Of a stretch of 54,978 nucleotides of DNA, positions 18,865 to 28,346 are shown piece after piece (the first letter of the stretch is position 1; each line of letters starts with the position of its first letter). The notes beneath the pieces were generated by a model. It saw nothing but the letters and a program-made list of their open reading frames with translations. It did no database searches and had not been told where the DNA came from. The position numbers were made by a program, and so were the translations under genes. Source of the stretch: a virus (lineage: Duplodnaviria > Caudoviricetes); IMG/VR virus record IMGVR_UViG_3300044627_004059, positions 1 to 54,978 of that record; one strand, 5' to 3'.

Positions 18865-20107
18865 AAGATTCATATACTTTCCATCTTTATCTGCAGGATC
18901 TATGGTATCTGCATTTAAGAAAGATATGAAATTTGCAAATGGAGATCCAGTTAAGTTTTTTGATTCCCGTTATCCAAAAGAATGGAGACATCCGTATTTT
19001 TTGATTACAGCGGGACATCATTACAAAAAAATGGATTTTCGAGATCAACTAGGATTAGAAAAAGATGTATTAGTATTTGGAGATTCGGGAGGATACCAAA
19101 TAGCAACTGGGGCTTTGCCTTATAGCAATGAATTACGAGAAAAGATTTTTCATTGGTTAGAAGCTAATAGCGATGTAGCAGCTAATTTAGATATTCCACC
19201 TAAAACGAAATATAGAAATAAATTTGCAGAATGTGCGGATATTAGTTTTGATAACTTTGCTTGGTTTGAAAAGCATCAAAGTGGTAAGACTAAATTCTTA
19301 AACATGTTGCAAGGATCTAACTCAGCAGAGTATGCGTGGTGGTACAATAAATTTAAGCATTTTGATTTTCAAGGATGGGCAATTGGAGGTCCGCAACGAT
19401 TAGTAGATTTTATGTTTGCTATTTCATTGCTTCTTAAAGAAAAAGAATTTGAAAATAAAAGAAACCAATACGTTCACTTATTAGGTATTAGTAAGATTTC
19501 GGATTTCTTTATTTTAGCAACATTGCAAAAATTAATGAACAAATATTATGGAAATAGAATCTATATAACTACGGATTCATCGTCTCCAGGACAATATCCG
19601 GTGTTTGGAACATATTTGCATTCTACTAATTATAAAACGCAAACATTCTCGGAATTATATTTTCCAAAGAATGCGGAATATCGAAGAAAGAATCATGTTA
19701 AACAAGGACGAGTAGGAATCGATATGGATTTGACTCAACATGTTCCGTGTAGCTTAGGATGTCCTGCTTGTAGCGATTTTACTTATGAATTGTTAGGTGG
19801 ACAAACTCCGACAGGATTAGATAGATATTCGCAAGAAGCTATGCCAAGAATGGTGGTTCATAATACGCATTTATATGTAGATGCGGCAAATGAAATCAAT
19901 CAAATGGTAGATAGTCACGTTGAATTGTTAGAAACGGTGGTACCTAAAGATTTGTATGATGTAATATTATCATTGCATGAAATGTTTGCAGATCCAGATG
20001 CAGCTCCGCATATCTACGAAAAATACATTAAAACATATAAAAAATTCGGCGGTGATAGTATATCTACTACGGATGCTGAAAACTTTAATAAATTCTTTAA
20101 ATTTTAA
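18851..20107 (+). CDS. dpdA: tRNA-guanine transglycosylase-fold protein, probable DNA-guanine transglycosylase DpdA
   Basis: DSGGYQ, LDIP, QG, AIGG, HLLG, DSSS and Zn site CSLGCPAC...HN. Context of folE/queD/queE and replisome genes favours a DNA substrate (inference). Confidence 0.78.
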   Translation: MSEAKRFIYFPSLSAGSMVSAFKKDMKFANGDPVKFFDSRYPKEWRHPYFLITAGHHYKKMDFRDQLGLEKDVLVFGDSGGYQIATGALPYSNELREKIFHWLEANSDVAANLDIPPKTKYRNKFAECADISFDNFAWFEKHQSGKTKFLNMLQGSNSAEYAWWYNKFKHFDFQGWAIGGPQRLVDFMFAISLLLKEKEFENKRNQYVHLLGISKISDFFILATLQKLMNKYYGNRIYITTDSSSPGQYPVFGTYLHSTNYKTQTFSELYFPKNAEYRRKNHVKQGRVGIDMDLTQHVPCSLGCPACSDFTYELLGGQTPTGLDRYSQEAMPRMVVHNTHLYVDAANEINQMVDSHVELLETVVPKDLYDVILSLHEMFADPDAAPHIYEKYIKTYKKFGGDSISTTDAENFNKFFKF

Positions 20108-20118
20108 TCAGGATAAAA

Positions 20119-20829
20119 ATGGAAAAAAGTAAATTACAATCATTAATCAATCGTTATTATTTAGCAGGTAATTGTGAAGCTGTTAAATTGAAAGAAAATG
20201 CAGAAGGAATTAATTGCGAATTGATTGATATGGATCAAACGGTTGTAGGAAAAATACAATGGAAAACAACTCCGTTCATGAAAGGTGAATTAGGAATCAA
20301 TCATACCGGAGCATTAATTAAAATGTTGTCTGCATTAGGCGAAAACATAGAAATTGATGTAAAAGATGCAGCAGGTAAAAATTATGCAATGAAAATTAGC
20401 GAAGGTAAAACAGAAGCGACGTTCATGTTAGCAGATACAACGGTTATTCCTGCAGTTCCATCAATCAATGCAGAACCTGCATATCAAATTGAAATTCCAG
20501 TTAATGAAGAATTTATAACTAGATTTATCAAAGCAAAAAATGCGTTACCTGATGCAAAGAATTTTGCAGTACAAGTAAAAAGCGGAACAATTCGTTTTAT
20601 TATTAATTATAGCACGGTTAATGCGGATAATATTACATTTGAAGTAGGATCAACAACAGCAGCTGATATGGAACCTGTTTGTTTCTCTGCAGATAAATTG
20701 AAAGAAGTACTTGTAGCAAACAGAGGTGATTCTGGTAAGCTTCACGTATCTCCAGATGGGTTAGCTCGTATTGAATTTACTGGAGCTGATTTTGATTCGG
20801 CATATTGGTTAGTAATGTTGCAAAATTAA
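20119..20829 (+). CDS. DNA polymerase sliding clamp (gp45/PCNA-like)
   Basis: 236 aa, two-domain beta-rich pattern ending GLARIEF...YWLV; close to clamp-loader genes. Confidence 0.75.
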   Translation: MEKSKLQSLINRYYLAGNCEAVKLKENAEGINCELIDMDQTVVGKIQWKTTPFMKGELGINHTGALIKMLSALGENIEIDVKDAAGKNYAMKISEGKTEATFMLADTTVIPAVPSINAEPAYQIEIPVNEEFITRFIKAKNALPDAKNFAVQVKSGTIRFIINYSTVNADNITFEVGSTTAADMEPVCFSADKLKEVLVANRGDSGKLHVSPDGLARIEFTGADFDSAYWLVMLQN

Positions 20830-20831
20830 TT

Positions 20832-21260
20832 ATGATAGTAGCTGTAGTAAATAAATCAGACAATGCACTTCCTGAATATGAAACACCGGGAAGTGCCGGT
20901 TTAGATGTTCGATGTACCCATGCATTTGCGATTGATCCGACAGGACGTACATTAGTACCAACCGGATTGTTTGTAGAAATACCAAAAGGTTATGAAATAC
21001 AAGTAAGACCTAGAAGTGGTTTAGCACTTAAGCATGGCATTACGGTATTAAATACGCCAGGAACTATCGATGCAGATTATCGTGGAGAAATTGGAGTAAT
21101 TTTAATTAATCATGGTCCTAGGACAGTTGAATTTGCAAAAGGAGATCGCATCGCACAATTGGTTTTATGCAAAGTAGAACATATCGAATGGTTGCCAACG
21201 GGAGCATTAACTGGAACAAAGCGAGGAGAAAAAGGATTCGGTTCAACGGGAGGAAAATAA
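20832..21260 (+). CDS. dut: dUTPase (trimeric)
   Basis: SAGLD, RPRSGLA, GTIDADYRGE, RIAQL, RGEKGFGSTG. Confidence 0.96.
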   Translation: MIVAVVNKSDNALPEYETPGSAGLDVRCTHAFAIDPTGRTLVPTGLFVEIPKGYEIQVRPRSGLALKHGITVLNTPGTIDADYRGEIGVILINHGPRTVEFAKGDRIAQLVLCKVEHIEWLPTGALTGTKRGEKGFGSTGGK

Positions 21261-21266
21261 ATATTT

Positions 21267-22193
21267 ATGTTTAATACACAAGAAAACACACTTTGGGTTG
21301 AATCGTTTCGCCCAGATACATTAGAAGGATACATTGGTAATGAACACATCATTGAAAAGGTTCGTATTTTTATTAATAACGGTGACGTACCTCATTTGTT
21401 GTTTTATGGTACCGCCGGCACTGGCAAGACCACGTTGGCAAAAATTATCGCCAATAGTGTGGATGCCGATGTCATGTATATAAACGCATCCGATGAAAAC
21501 TCAGTTGATGCAGTACGAGATAAAATTAAACGTTATGCATCGACAGTTGGATTTCGTCGTTGGAAGATTATCATTTTAGATGAAGCAGATTATTTGACTC
21601 CAAATGCACAAGCAGCATTGCGTAATCTTATGGAGACTTATAGCAAAACTACGCGTTTCATATTAACATGTAATTATGTTGAAAAGATTATTGATCCAAT
21701 TCAATCTCGTTGTCAGACATTTGCAATTACGCCTCCTAATAAAACGGATGTAGCAAAACGATTAGTGCAAGTATTAGAAGAAAATCAAGTTCAATACGAT
21801 ATCAAAGATATTGCTGCAATTATCAATGCATCATATCCAGACATTCGCCGTGCTATTAATGCATCGCAAGCATCCGTAGTTAATGGAGTATTGCAATTAG
21901 ATAAAGCAAGTGCAATTCAAGCAAATTACATGACTGAAATATTGGATGTTTTAAAAAATCCAAAAGACAAAAAAGCATCATTTGGTAAAATTAGACAAAT
22001 TATCGCGGATAGCAAAGTTAGAGATTTTACTCCAATGTATACTTTTTTATTTGATAATCTAGATGAATTTGCACATGGCCATATTGCTCCTTGTATATTA
22101 ATTATCGCAGAATCGCAATACAAAGATGCTAGTGTAGTTGATAAAGAAATTAACATAATGGCAATGTTTGTCAATATTTTAGGAGAAATATGA
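21267..22193 (+). CDS. Clamp loader AAA+ subunit (RFC small / gp44-like)
   Basis: WVESFRP, GTAGTGKT, INASDE, LDEAD, SRC. Confidence 0.93.
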   Translation: MFNTQENTLWVESFRPDTLEGYIGNEHIIEKVRIFINNGDVPHLLFYGTAGTGKTTLAKIIANSVDADVMYINASDENSVDAVRDKIKRYASTVGFRRWKIIILDEADYLTPNAQAALRNLMETYSKTTRFILTCNYVEKIIDPIQSRCQTFAITPPNKTDVAKRLVQVLEENQVQYDIKDIAAIINASYPDIRRAINASQASVVNGVLQLDKASAIQANYMTEILDVLKNPKDKKASFGKIRQIIADSKVRDFTPMYTFLFDNLDEFAHGHIAPCILIIAESQYKDASVVDKEINIMAMFVNILGEI

Positions 22194-22408
22194 GTAAATT
22201 AAATGTAAATATCGGTCCAAACGATATGCAACCGATACAATGCAAAGAATGTGACGGATTATACTTTCGTCAAGTAATGGCAATCAACAAAGTATCAAAA
22301 TTCTTAACCGGTGGCGATAAAGATACAATGGTACCGGTACCAGTATTTAGATGCGACGATTGTGGTGCTATTCCGGAAGAGTTTCAACCGATTAAAATGA
22401 AGAAATAA
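22190..22408 (+). CDS. Small zinc-ribbon protein
   Basis: CKEC...CDDC pairs. Confidence 0.65.
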   Translation: MSKLNVNIGPNDMQPIQCKECDGLYFRQVMAINKVSKFLTGGDKDTMVPVPVFRCDDCGAIPEEFQPIKMKK

Positions 22409-22620
22409 TGTCCATACCATATCATAAGTCTAATATAACTATAGTATTTAAGACATCAAATCGTAGCAATGCAAAAACAAAAATGAAAACTCTTAGAAAC
22501 AAGAGTATCGATGATGTATTAGAACGAAAGATACCAGGAATTCCGGATAATGCAGTTATTTTGGAAATTGCTATGGGAGAATTATTCGAAACCAAATTGA
22601 AACACAAATATAAACTATAA
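22408..22620 (+). CDS. Hypothetical protein
   Basis: 70-aa ORF in tight operon packing. Confidence 0.55.
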   Translation: MSIPYHKSNITIVFKTSNRSNAKTKMKTLRNKSIDDVLERKIPGIPDNAVILEIAMGELFETKLKHKYKL

Positions 22621-22621
22621 A

Positions 22622-23074
22622 ATGGCAGAAGAAAAAAAGAGTGCAACTATTTTTGATTTAATCAACGGAGTAACTAGCAAAAAACGAGAATGGTCGAAAT
22701 GGTCCGAAACGGATCAATCAAAGTTTTCGGTTTATATGGTTAATCGTTACTTGTCAATGCGGCAGGATCTGATAGACGTAATTAATGAGTTACAGAAATA
22801 TACAATTGGAGTATTACGTCCCAAAGAAACATATCGCCTTTATCATGATTTATTACCTACAAACAATAACTTTGCAAAGTATGTTAAAGGCAAGAAAGAA
22901 GACAAATTTTCAGATAAATTGGTTGAACAAATTGCAGAACATTATAAAGTTGGCAAATCTGAAGCAATCGATTACGCCGATTTATTAAATCAAGATCAAT
23001 GTGCTCATCTTCTGTCACTTTATGGTTATACCGAAAAAGAAATAAAAACAATGATTAAAGGAGTACGTAAATGA
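22622..23074 (+). CDS. Probable clamp loader small subunit (gp62-like)
   Basis: FDLING...FSVYMVNRYLSM...IAEHYKV..SEA..Y pattern and position near the RFC gene. Confidence 0.6.
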   Translation: MAEEKKSATIFDLINGVTSKKREWSKWSETDQSKFSVYMVNRYLSMRQDLIDVINELQKYTIGVLRPKETYRLYHDLLPTNNNFAKYVKGKKEDKFSDKLVEQIAEHYKVGKSEAIDYADLLNQDQCAHLLSLYGYTEKEIKTMIKGVRK

Positions 23075-23307
23075 GTGTGAATACTCAATCTCATTATAAA
23101 GGCAAAGATAGTTTGTATAAATTTGCAGAAGATTGGAAATTAAACAGTTATGAATTTGATATCATTAAAAGAATTGTTAGATGTCGACATAAAGGATCAT
23201 TTTCGGAAGATTTAGAAAAAACCAAAGATTTAATCGATATCTACTTGCAAGAACAAGTTCATAATTACGTAAAATTTGAACCTGATTACTTGGAACTTAA
23301 AAAATAA
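23071..23307 (+). CDS. DUF3310-like protein
   Basis: SHY...IIKRIVRCRHKG...EDLEK pattern. Confidence 0.6.
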   Translation: MSVNTQSHYKGKDSLYKFAEDWKLNSYEFDIIKRIVRCRHKGSFSEDLEKTKDLIDIYLQEQVHNYVKFEPDYLELKK

Positions 23308-23318
23308 ATTCATATATT
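23290..23318 (+). promoter_or_regulatory. Class 1 promoter-like motif (TTG-N20-TATATT) upstream of the exonuclease
   Basis: Recurrent motif; ATG lies 6 nt downstream. Confidence 0.62.
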
Positions 23319-23324
23319 TAATGT

Positions 23325-24284
23325 ATGAAATCTGGAAATTATATCAATCCTGTATACAAGCTATCATTACGAGATGCTAATACGGTACCTAGAAAAATAT
23401 CTTATTCGCAATGGTCAATGTATGATCGTTGTCCGTTATCTTGGAAATTAGCATATATCGACGGATTGGCTCCATTTCAAGCATCAATTGATACTTGCTT
23501 CGGCACGGCATTTCATGAAACGTTTCAATACTTTATTGAAGTTATGTATACTGATTCAGTTAAACGTGCTGAAGCATTAGATTTACGTGGCATATTAACT
23601 AACAAGCTTCGCGAAGAATATGCTAAATGCGTACAAGAAACCGGAGGACATTTTTCCAATCCATTACAGTTAGCAGAATATTTAGAAGATGGTGTTGCTA
23701 TATTGGAATGGTTTAAGAAACGTCGAAAACAATATTTTTCAACTAAGGATTGGGAATTAATAGGTATCGAAGTTGAACTATGTACTCCGGCATCGACAAA
23801 CAATCCTTCAGTATATCTTTACGGATTTATAGATTTGGTTATACGTCACGTACCTACTAATACGATACATGTATTTGATATTAAAACGAGCAGATCTGGT
23901 TGGAATAAATATCAAAAAGCAGATCCTACAAAAGCAGCACAATTGGTAATTTATAAAAATAAATTTTCTGAACAATTTGGTATTCCAAAAGAAAATATTG
24001 TAGTTGAATTCTTCATCGTTAAACGAAAAATGGTTGAAGAGTCAATGTTTCCACAAAAACGCATTCAATTATTCAAACCTAGTTCAGGTACCGTTACACA
24101 ACGCAAAGTTCAGCGCCAAATAGATGATTTTGTAGAACATTGTTTCGATTCAGAAGGCAATAAACTTGCAGATAAACCATATATGGCCATTTCTGGAAAG
24201 GGTGATAAAAATTGCAAGTATTGTCCATTTAAAACTGATTACGTAAATTGTCCTCGCGAAAATAGGATTCGTACGGAAAAATAA
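23325..24284 (+). CDS. PD-(D/E)XK exonuclease (RecB/AddB/Cas4-like, probable Fe-S)
   Basis: SYSQ...CP, GTAFHE, GFIDL, DIKT, QLVIY, CKYCPF...C. Confidence 0.85.
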   Translation: MKSGNYINPVYKLSLRDANTVPRKISYSQWSMYDRCPLSWKLAYIDGLAPFQASIDTCFGTAFHETFQYFIEVMYTDSVKRAEALDLRGILTNKLREEYAKCVQETGGHFSNPLQLAEYLEDGVAILEWFKKRRKQYFSTKDWELIGIEVELCTPASTNNPSVYLYGFIDLVIRHVPTNTIHVFDIKTSRSGWNKYQKADPTKAAQLVIYKNKFSEQFGIPKENIVVEFFIVKRKMVEESMFPQKRIQLFKPSSGTVTQRKVQRQIDDFVEHCFDSEGNKLADKPYMAISGKGDKNCKYCPFKTDYVNCPRENRIRTEK

Positions 24285-24296
24285 TTATAATATAGT

Positions 24297-24515
24297 ATGA
24301 TTGAATTTAAACATAAACACACATACGTATATAAGTTTGAACTACAAAAACGTAGTCCGTTTGTAGGGTGGGAACAATGTGAATATGTTTTATTAACTGA
24401 TATTAGCGATCCCAATCACAAAGAAAATCGAAAACTATTAGAAACTGGATTGCGCCTTGCATATAATAATCACGTTCCAAAAGGTGTTAGATTTTCATAC
24501 GAGAAAACCAAATGA
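24297..24515 (+). CDS. Hypothetical protein
   Basis: 72-aa ORF with an upstream TATAAT-like element. Confidence 0.55.
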   Translation: MIEFKHKHTYVYKFELQKRSPFVGWEQCEYVLLTDISDPNHKENRKLLETGLRLAYNNHVPKGVRFSYEKTK

Positions 24516-24916
24516 CAAAAGTAGCAGTTATAGGAAATACGGGTTGGCAAAATAAACGCAAAGTACAAGAAACGTTGCAAATGTTAAAACGTAAATTTCC
24601 GGAAGATTTAATTATTATCGGTGCTGGAGGCAATGAAGGTGCTAATAGCATGGTTCGCAAATATGCATTAGAATTCGGAATGGATTATCATGAATATAAT
24701 CCTTCATTTTCTGGATATAATTTATATTCAGCAATGCCAGAATCATATTACGGCAAAGCATATCATTTTAGTCAACTTCATCATCGCATGAAACTAATTG
24801 CACAACATTGTGATTACATGATGATTATGACAAATGAAGATGCATTAGATCCTGTGTTAAAAACAGCATATACCAATGTTAACAAGTTAAAAAAGCCAGT
24901 AGTTATACTAGGCTGA
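24512..24916 (+). CDS. SLOG-superfamily (YspA/DUF2493-like) protein
   Basis: KVAVIG...IIGAGG.EGA...YA...KKPV pattern. Confidence 0.6.
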   Translation: MTKVAVIGNTGWQNKRKVQETLQMLKRKFPEDLIIIGAGGNEGANSMVRKYALEFGMDYHEYNPSFSGYNLYSAMPESYYGKAYHFSQLHHRMKLIAQHCDYMMIMTNEDALDPVLKTAYTNVNKLKKPVVILG

Positions 24917-24924
24917 TATTTATA
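24916..24924 (+). promoter_or_regulatory. Class 2 motif ATATTTATA (putative late promoter) heading the glycosyltransferase island
   Basis: The same core occurs at 659, 2323, 6854, 41477, 44922, 46971 and 51479, each shortly upstream of a gene start. Confidence 0.5.
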
Positions 24925-24946
24925 ATAAAGTTATAAGGAATAATAA

Positions 24947-26434
24947 ATGGAGTTACCAAAGTTACAAAAAATCGATCCAAACAAGCCTAAGAAAAAGAAA
25001 ATTTTATTGTTATCTGATGATTTTCGCCTCCCGTCGGGTATTGGTACAATTAGCAAAGAAATTATCTACAATACGGTTAAAGAATTTGACTGGGTGCAAT
25101 TGGGTGCAGCAATTAATCATCCCGATGCGGGAAAAGCATTTGATTTATCTCAAGAAGTATCAAAAGAAACGGGAGTTCATGATGTTTCGGTAAAATTGAT
25201 TCCGTGGAACGGATATGGCGATAGAAACATTTTATTCGCAATATTGAATCAAGAACAACCAGATGCGATTCTTCATTTTACAGATCCAAGATATTGGGTT
25301 TGGTTATATCAATTAGAACATGAAATAAAAACTACGTTCCGAGTTCCAATTACGTATTATTCAATTTGGGATGATTTACCATATCCAATGTGGAACGCTC
25401 CTTTTTACGGTAGTTGTGATATGATCATGGGCATTAGTAAGCAATCCGATAATATCCACAGAGAAGTACTTAAACAGAACGGATTTGGCGTTGTAGATTA
25501 CGATAACGGAGTAGTTTCAAAAAATTTAAAATGGAATCAGGTAGTTACCGGATTCGTACCGCACGGATTAAATCATAACACGTTTAAACCTATACCAAAA
25601 GACGATTCTGTATATCAAACAATGCATGATAAAATTAAAACTGCGAATGGAGTTGATTTTGTAGTATTTTGGAATAACAGAAACATCAGAAGAAAACAAC
25701 CAGGAGATTTAATTATTGCATTCAAGCATTTTGTAGATCAACTTCCTGCAGAAAAACAAAGTAGCGTAGCATTACTAATGCATACCCAAGCAATTGACGA
25801 AAATGGAACGGATTTACGTGCGGTAGCAAAAACATTGGCACCTAATTGTAAAATATTGTTTTCGGAACAAAAATTAAATGCACAAGATTTAAATGCAATG
25901 TACAACGTTGCTGATGTTGTAGTAAATATTGGTAGCAACGAAGGTTGGGGACTTAGTTCAACCGAAGCAATGCTAACCGGTACTCCAATCATTAACAACG
26001 TAACTGGAGGATTGCAAGATCAATGCGGGTTTACGGATGAAAATGGCGAATGGATTCGTTTCAATGGCGAATTTTCAACTAATCATAACGGTAAATACAC
26101 AAAACATGGTAAATGGGCATATCCAGTATTTCCTAGCAACAGATCGCTTCAAGGATCGCCACAAACTCCGTATATTTTTGATGATAGAGTGCGGTTTGAA
26201 GATGTATCTAAAGCAATCATGTATTGGTATAGCATTGTTGAAGATCAACGCACCGAATATGGTTTAGCAGGTAGAGAATTTTGTTTGAATAACGGATTAA
26301 CTGCAGAATCGATGGGTAATAAAATGATTGAAATGTTTAATTATTTATTCAATACCAATAAACAATCTAGAGCATTATACACCGTAACAAAAGTAGAACA
26401 ACCAAAATACGAACAAACAGGAATAGTAGCATAA
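24947..26434 (+). CDS. GT4-like glycosyltransferase
   Basis: SGIG, PHG, NNRNIRRKQ, NEGWGLSSTEA, TGGLQD. Confidence 0.88.
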   Translation: MELPKLQKIDPNKPKKKKILLLSDDFRLPSGIGTISKEIIYNTVKEFDWVQLGAAINHPDAGKAFDLSQEVSKETGVHDVSVKLIPWNGYGDRNILFAILNQEQPDAILHFTDPRYWVWLYQLEHEIKTTFRVPITYYSIWDDLPYPMWNAPFYGSCDMIMGISKQSDNIHREVLKQNGFGVVDYDNGVVSKNLKWNQVVTGFVPHGLNHNTFKPIPKDDSVYQTMHDKIKTANGVDFVVFWNNRNIRRKQPGDLIIAFKHFVDQLPAEKQSSVALLMHTQAIDENGTDLRAVAKTLAPNCKILFSEQKLNAQDLNAMYNVADVVVNIGSNEGWGLSSTEAMLTGTPIINNVTGGLQDQCGFTDENGEWIRFNGEFSTNHNGKYTKHGKWAYPVFPSNRSLQGSPQTPYIFDDRVRFEDVSKAIMYWYSIVEDQRTEYGLAGREFCLNNGLTAESMGNKMIEMFNYLFNTNKQSRALYTVTKVEQPKYEQTGIVA

Positions 26435-27720
26435 TGAGAAAAGTAGTTATAGCGTCGCCGGTAGCGACACAATCGGGTTATGGTCATCATGCACGTGAAA
26501 TCATAACTAATATCATAGAACAACGAGGATCCGACTGGGATGTTAAATTAGTATCATTGCCGTGGGGCGGAACTCCGATGACTTATCCAATTCCTGTGGA
26601 TTGGCAATTAAGAATCATTCCGTTGCCTTTACAATATCAACCAGACATATGGATTCAAATTTCAGTACCAAATGAACTTCAAGCAGTAGGTAAATACAAT
26701 ATTGGAGTAACGGCAGGCACTGAAGGTGATATATGTCCGGAAAAATGGATTGACAATTTAAATGCAATGCAATTAGTAATTGTACCAAGCGAATTCACTA
26801 AAAAAGCATTTGAAGATACGGCTCGACAAAAAAATAAATCGCTCACTACGAGAATTGAAGTAATTCCTGAATATTTTGACGAAACGGTATACAATAACAC
26901 AAACATAACTACGGAAATTGCTGAATTAAATGATATCTCAGAATCATTTGCATTTTTAGCGGTAGGACATTGGTTGCAAGGTGTTATTGGTGAAGACAGA
27001 AAGAATTTAAGCGGATTGATTCATTGTTTTTTCAATACATATAAAAATACAAAAAACACTCCCGCATTAATCATGAAAACGAGTGGTGCAACTTATAGCA
27101 TTGTAGATCGTATGGAGATTGAAAATAAAATTGGACAAATCCGGGAGATGTTCGGTGACGCAAAACTTCCTAATGTGTATTTAATCCATGGAGAATTAAC
27201 AGATGCAGAAATGAATGCTATGTATAATCATTCTAAAATTAAAGCTATGGTATCGTTTACTAAAGCAGAAGGATTCGGAAGACCTTTATTAGAATTTGCA
27301 ACAACCGGAAAACCAATTATTGCACCACATTATTCGGGTCAGGCAGATTTCTTGAAAAAAGATTTTATTTGTGCATTATTAGGTGGATTAACAAACATAC
27401 ATGATTCAGCAAAAAATGACTGGTTGATTAAGGAAGCTAAATGGTTTACTCCGGATTATGGATATGCTAGCAAAATGCTAAAAGATGTTCAAAAGAATTA
27501 CAAGAAATATGTAGATTTAGCTAAACGTCAACGTTATTTTGTAAATTCTGAATTTACTAAAACTGCAATTGCATCAGTATATGAAAAAGTATTAAACATA
27601 GTAGATGGTTCATTAACATCGGTACCGCAACAAGTACAACTTCAACTTCCTAAATTGAAAAAAGCGAAAACGGAAACACCAAAAATTACATTGCCAAAAT
27701 TGAAAAAAATAGAAGCATGA
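26434..27720 (+). CDS. GT4-like glycosyltransferase
   Basis: SGYG, DRKN, AEGFGRPLLE, SGQADF. Confidence 0.88.
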   Translation: MRKVVIASPVATQSGYGHHAREIITNIIEQRGSDWDVKLVSLPWGGTPMTYPIPVDWQLRIIPLPLQYQPDIWIQISVPNELQAVGKYNIGVTAGTEGDICPEKWIDNLNAMQLVIVPSEFTKKAFEDTARQKNKSLTTRIEVIPEYFDETVYNNTNITTEIAELNDISESFAFLAVGHWLQGVIGEDRKNLSGLIHCFFNTYKNTKNTPALIMKTSGATYSIVDRMEIENKIGQIREMFGDAKLPNVYLIHGELTDAEMNAMYNHSKIKAMVSFTKAEGFGRPLLEFATTGKPIIAPHYSGQADFLKKDFICALLGGLTNIHDSAKNDWLIKEAKWFTPDYGYASKMLKDVQKNYKKYVDLAKRQRYFVNSEFTKTAIASVYEKVLNIVDGSLTSVPQQVQLQLPKLKKAKTETPKITLPKLKKIEA

Positions 27721-28346
27721 AAATAAGTTATGCAATTACAGTATGTAATGAGTTCATTGAAATTCAACGACTCATTACATTTCTTCTAGAACGCAAAAGA
27801 CCACAAGATGAGATTGTAGTATTAGTTGATACGACAAAGGCAGTACCTGAGTTAATATCCTACCTAGCGCATTGCGAAAGACACCATGAAGGTCATATGA
27901 CAACATGGAAGGATGAATTTAAAGGTAATTTTGCAGATTGGAAAAATAAACTAACGTCATATTGCAACGGAGACTATATTTTTCAAATTGATGCCGATGA
28001 GATGCCATGCACTCCTATTATGGAAGCATTACCGGGTATATTAAGTGCAAATGATGGCGTTGATATGATATGGGTGCCAAGAGTTAACACGGTGCCTGAT
28101 ATAACCGTAGACCACATTAAAAAGTGGGGGTGGCGTGTTAATAGCGAGGGTTGGATTAATTGGCCGGATTGGCAAGGACGAATCTATAAGAATCATCCAT
28201 CAATTCAGTGGGAGAATAAGGTACACGAAAAGTTAACTGGCATTAAAACATTTGCACAGTTACCAATGGAAGAAGATTATTCTTTATATCATCCAAAAAC
28301 AATTGAACGTCAAGTAAAACAAAACGAATATTACGATACATTATAA
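27717..28346 (+). CDS. GT2-like glycosyltransferase
   Basis: ISYAITVCNE, FQIDADE, KVHE. Confidence 0.85.
   Translation: MKISYAITVCNEFIEIQRLITFLLERKRPQDEIVVLVDTTKAVPELISYLAHCERHHEGHMTTWKDEFKGNFADWKNKLTSYCNGDYIFQIDADEMPCTPIMEALPGILSANDGVDMIWVPRVNTVPDITVDHIKKWGWRVNSEGWINWPDWQGRIYKNHPSIQWENKVHEKLTGIKTFAQLPMEEDYSLYHPKTIERQVKQNEYYDTL

Noticed and set aside
18851-20107. Reading the TGT-fold gene as a tRNA queuosine enzyme (auxiliary metabolic gene)
   Set aside because: No queC, queF, queA or tRNA genes are in the window, and it has replisome context, a DpdL-like neighbour and a clamp-type tail. DNA modification fits better, though it is not proven.
23325-24284. Cas4-like nuclease as evidence of a CRISPR system
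   Set aside because: No cas1/cas2 and no repeat-spacer array; stand-alone PD-(D/E)XK exonucleases are routine in phages.
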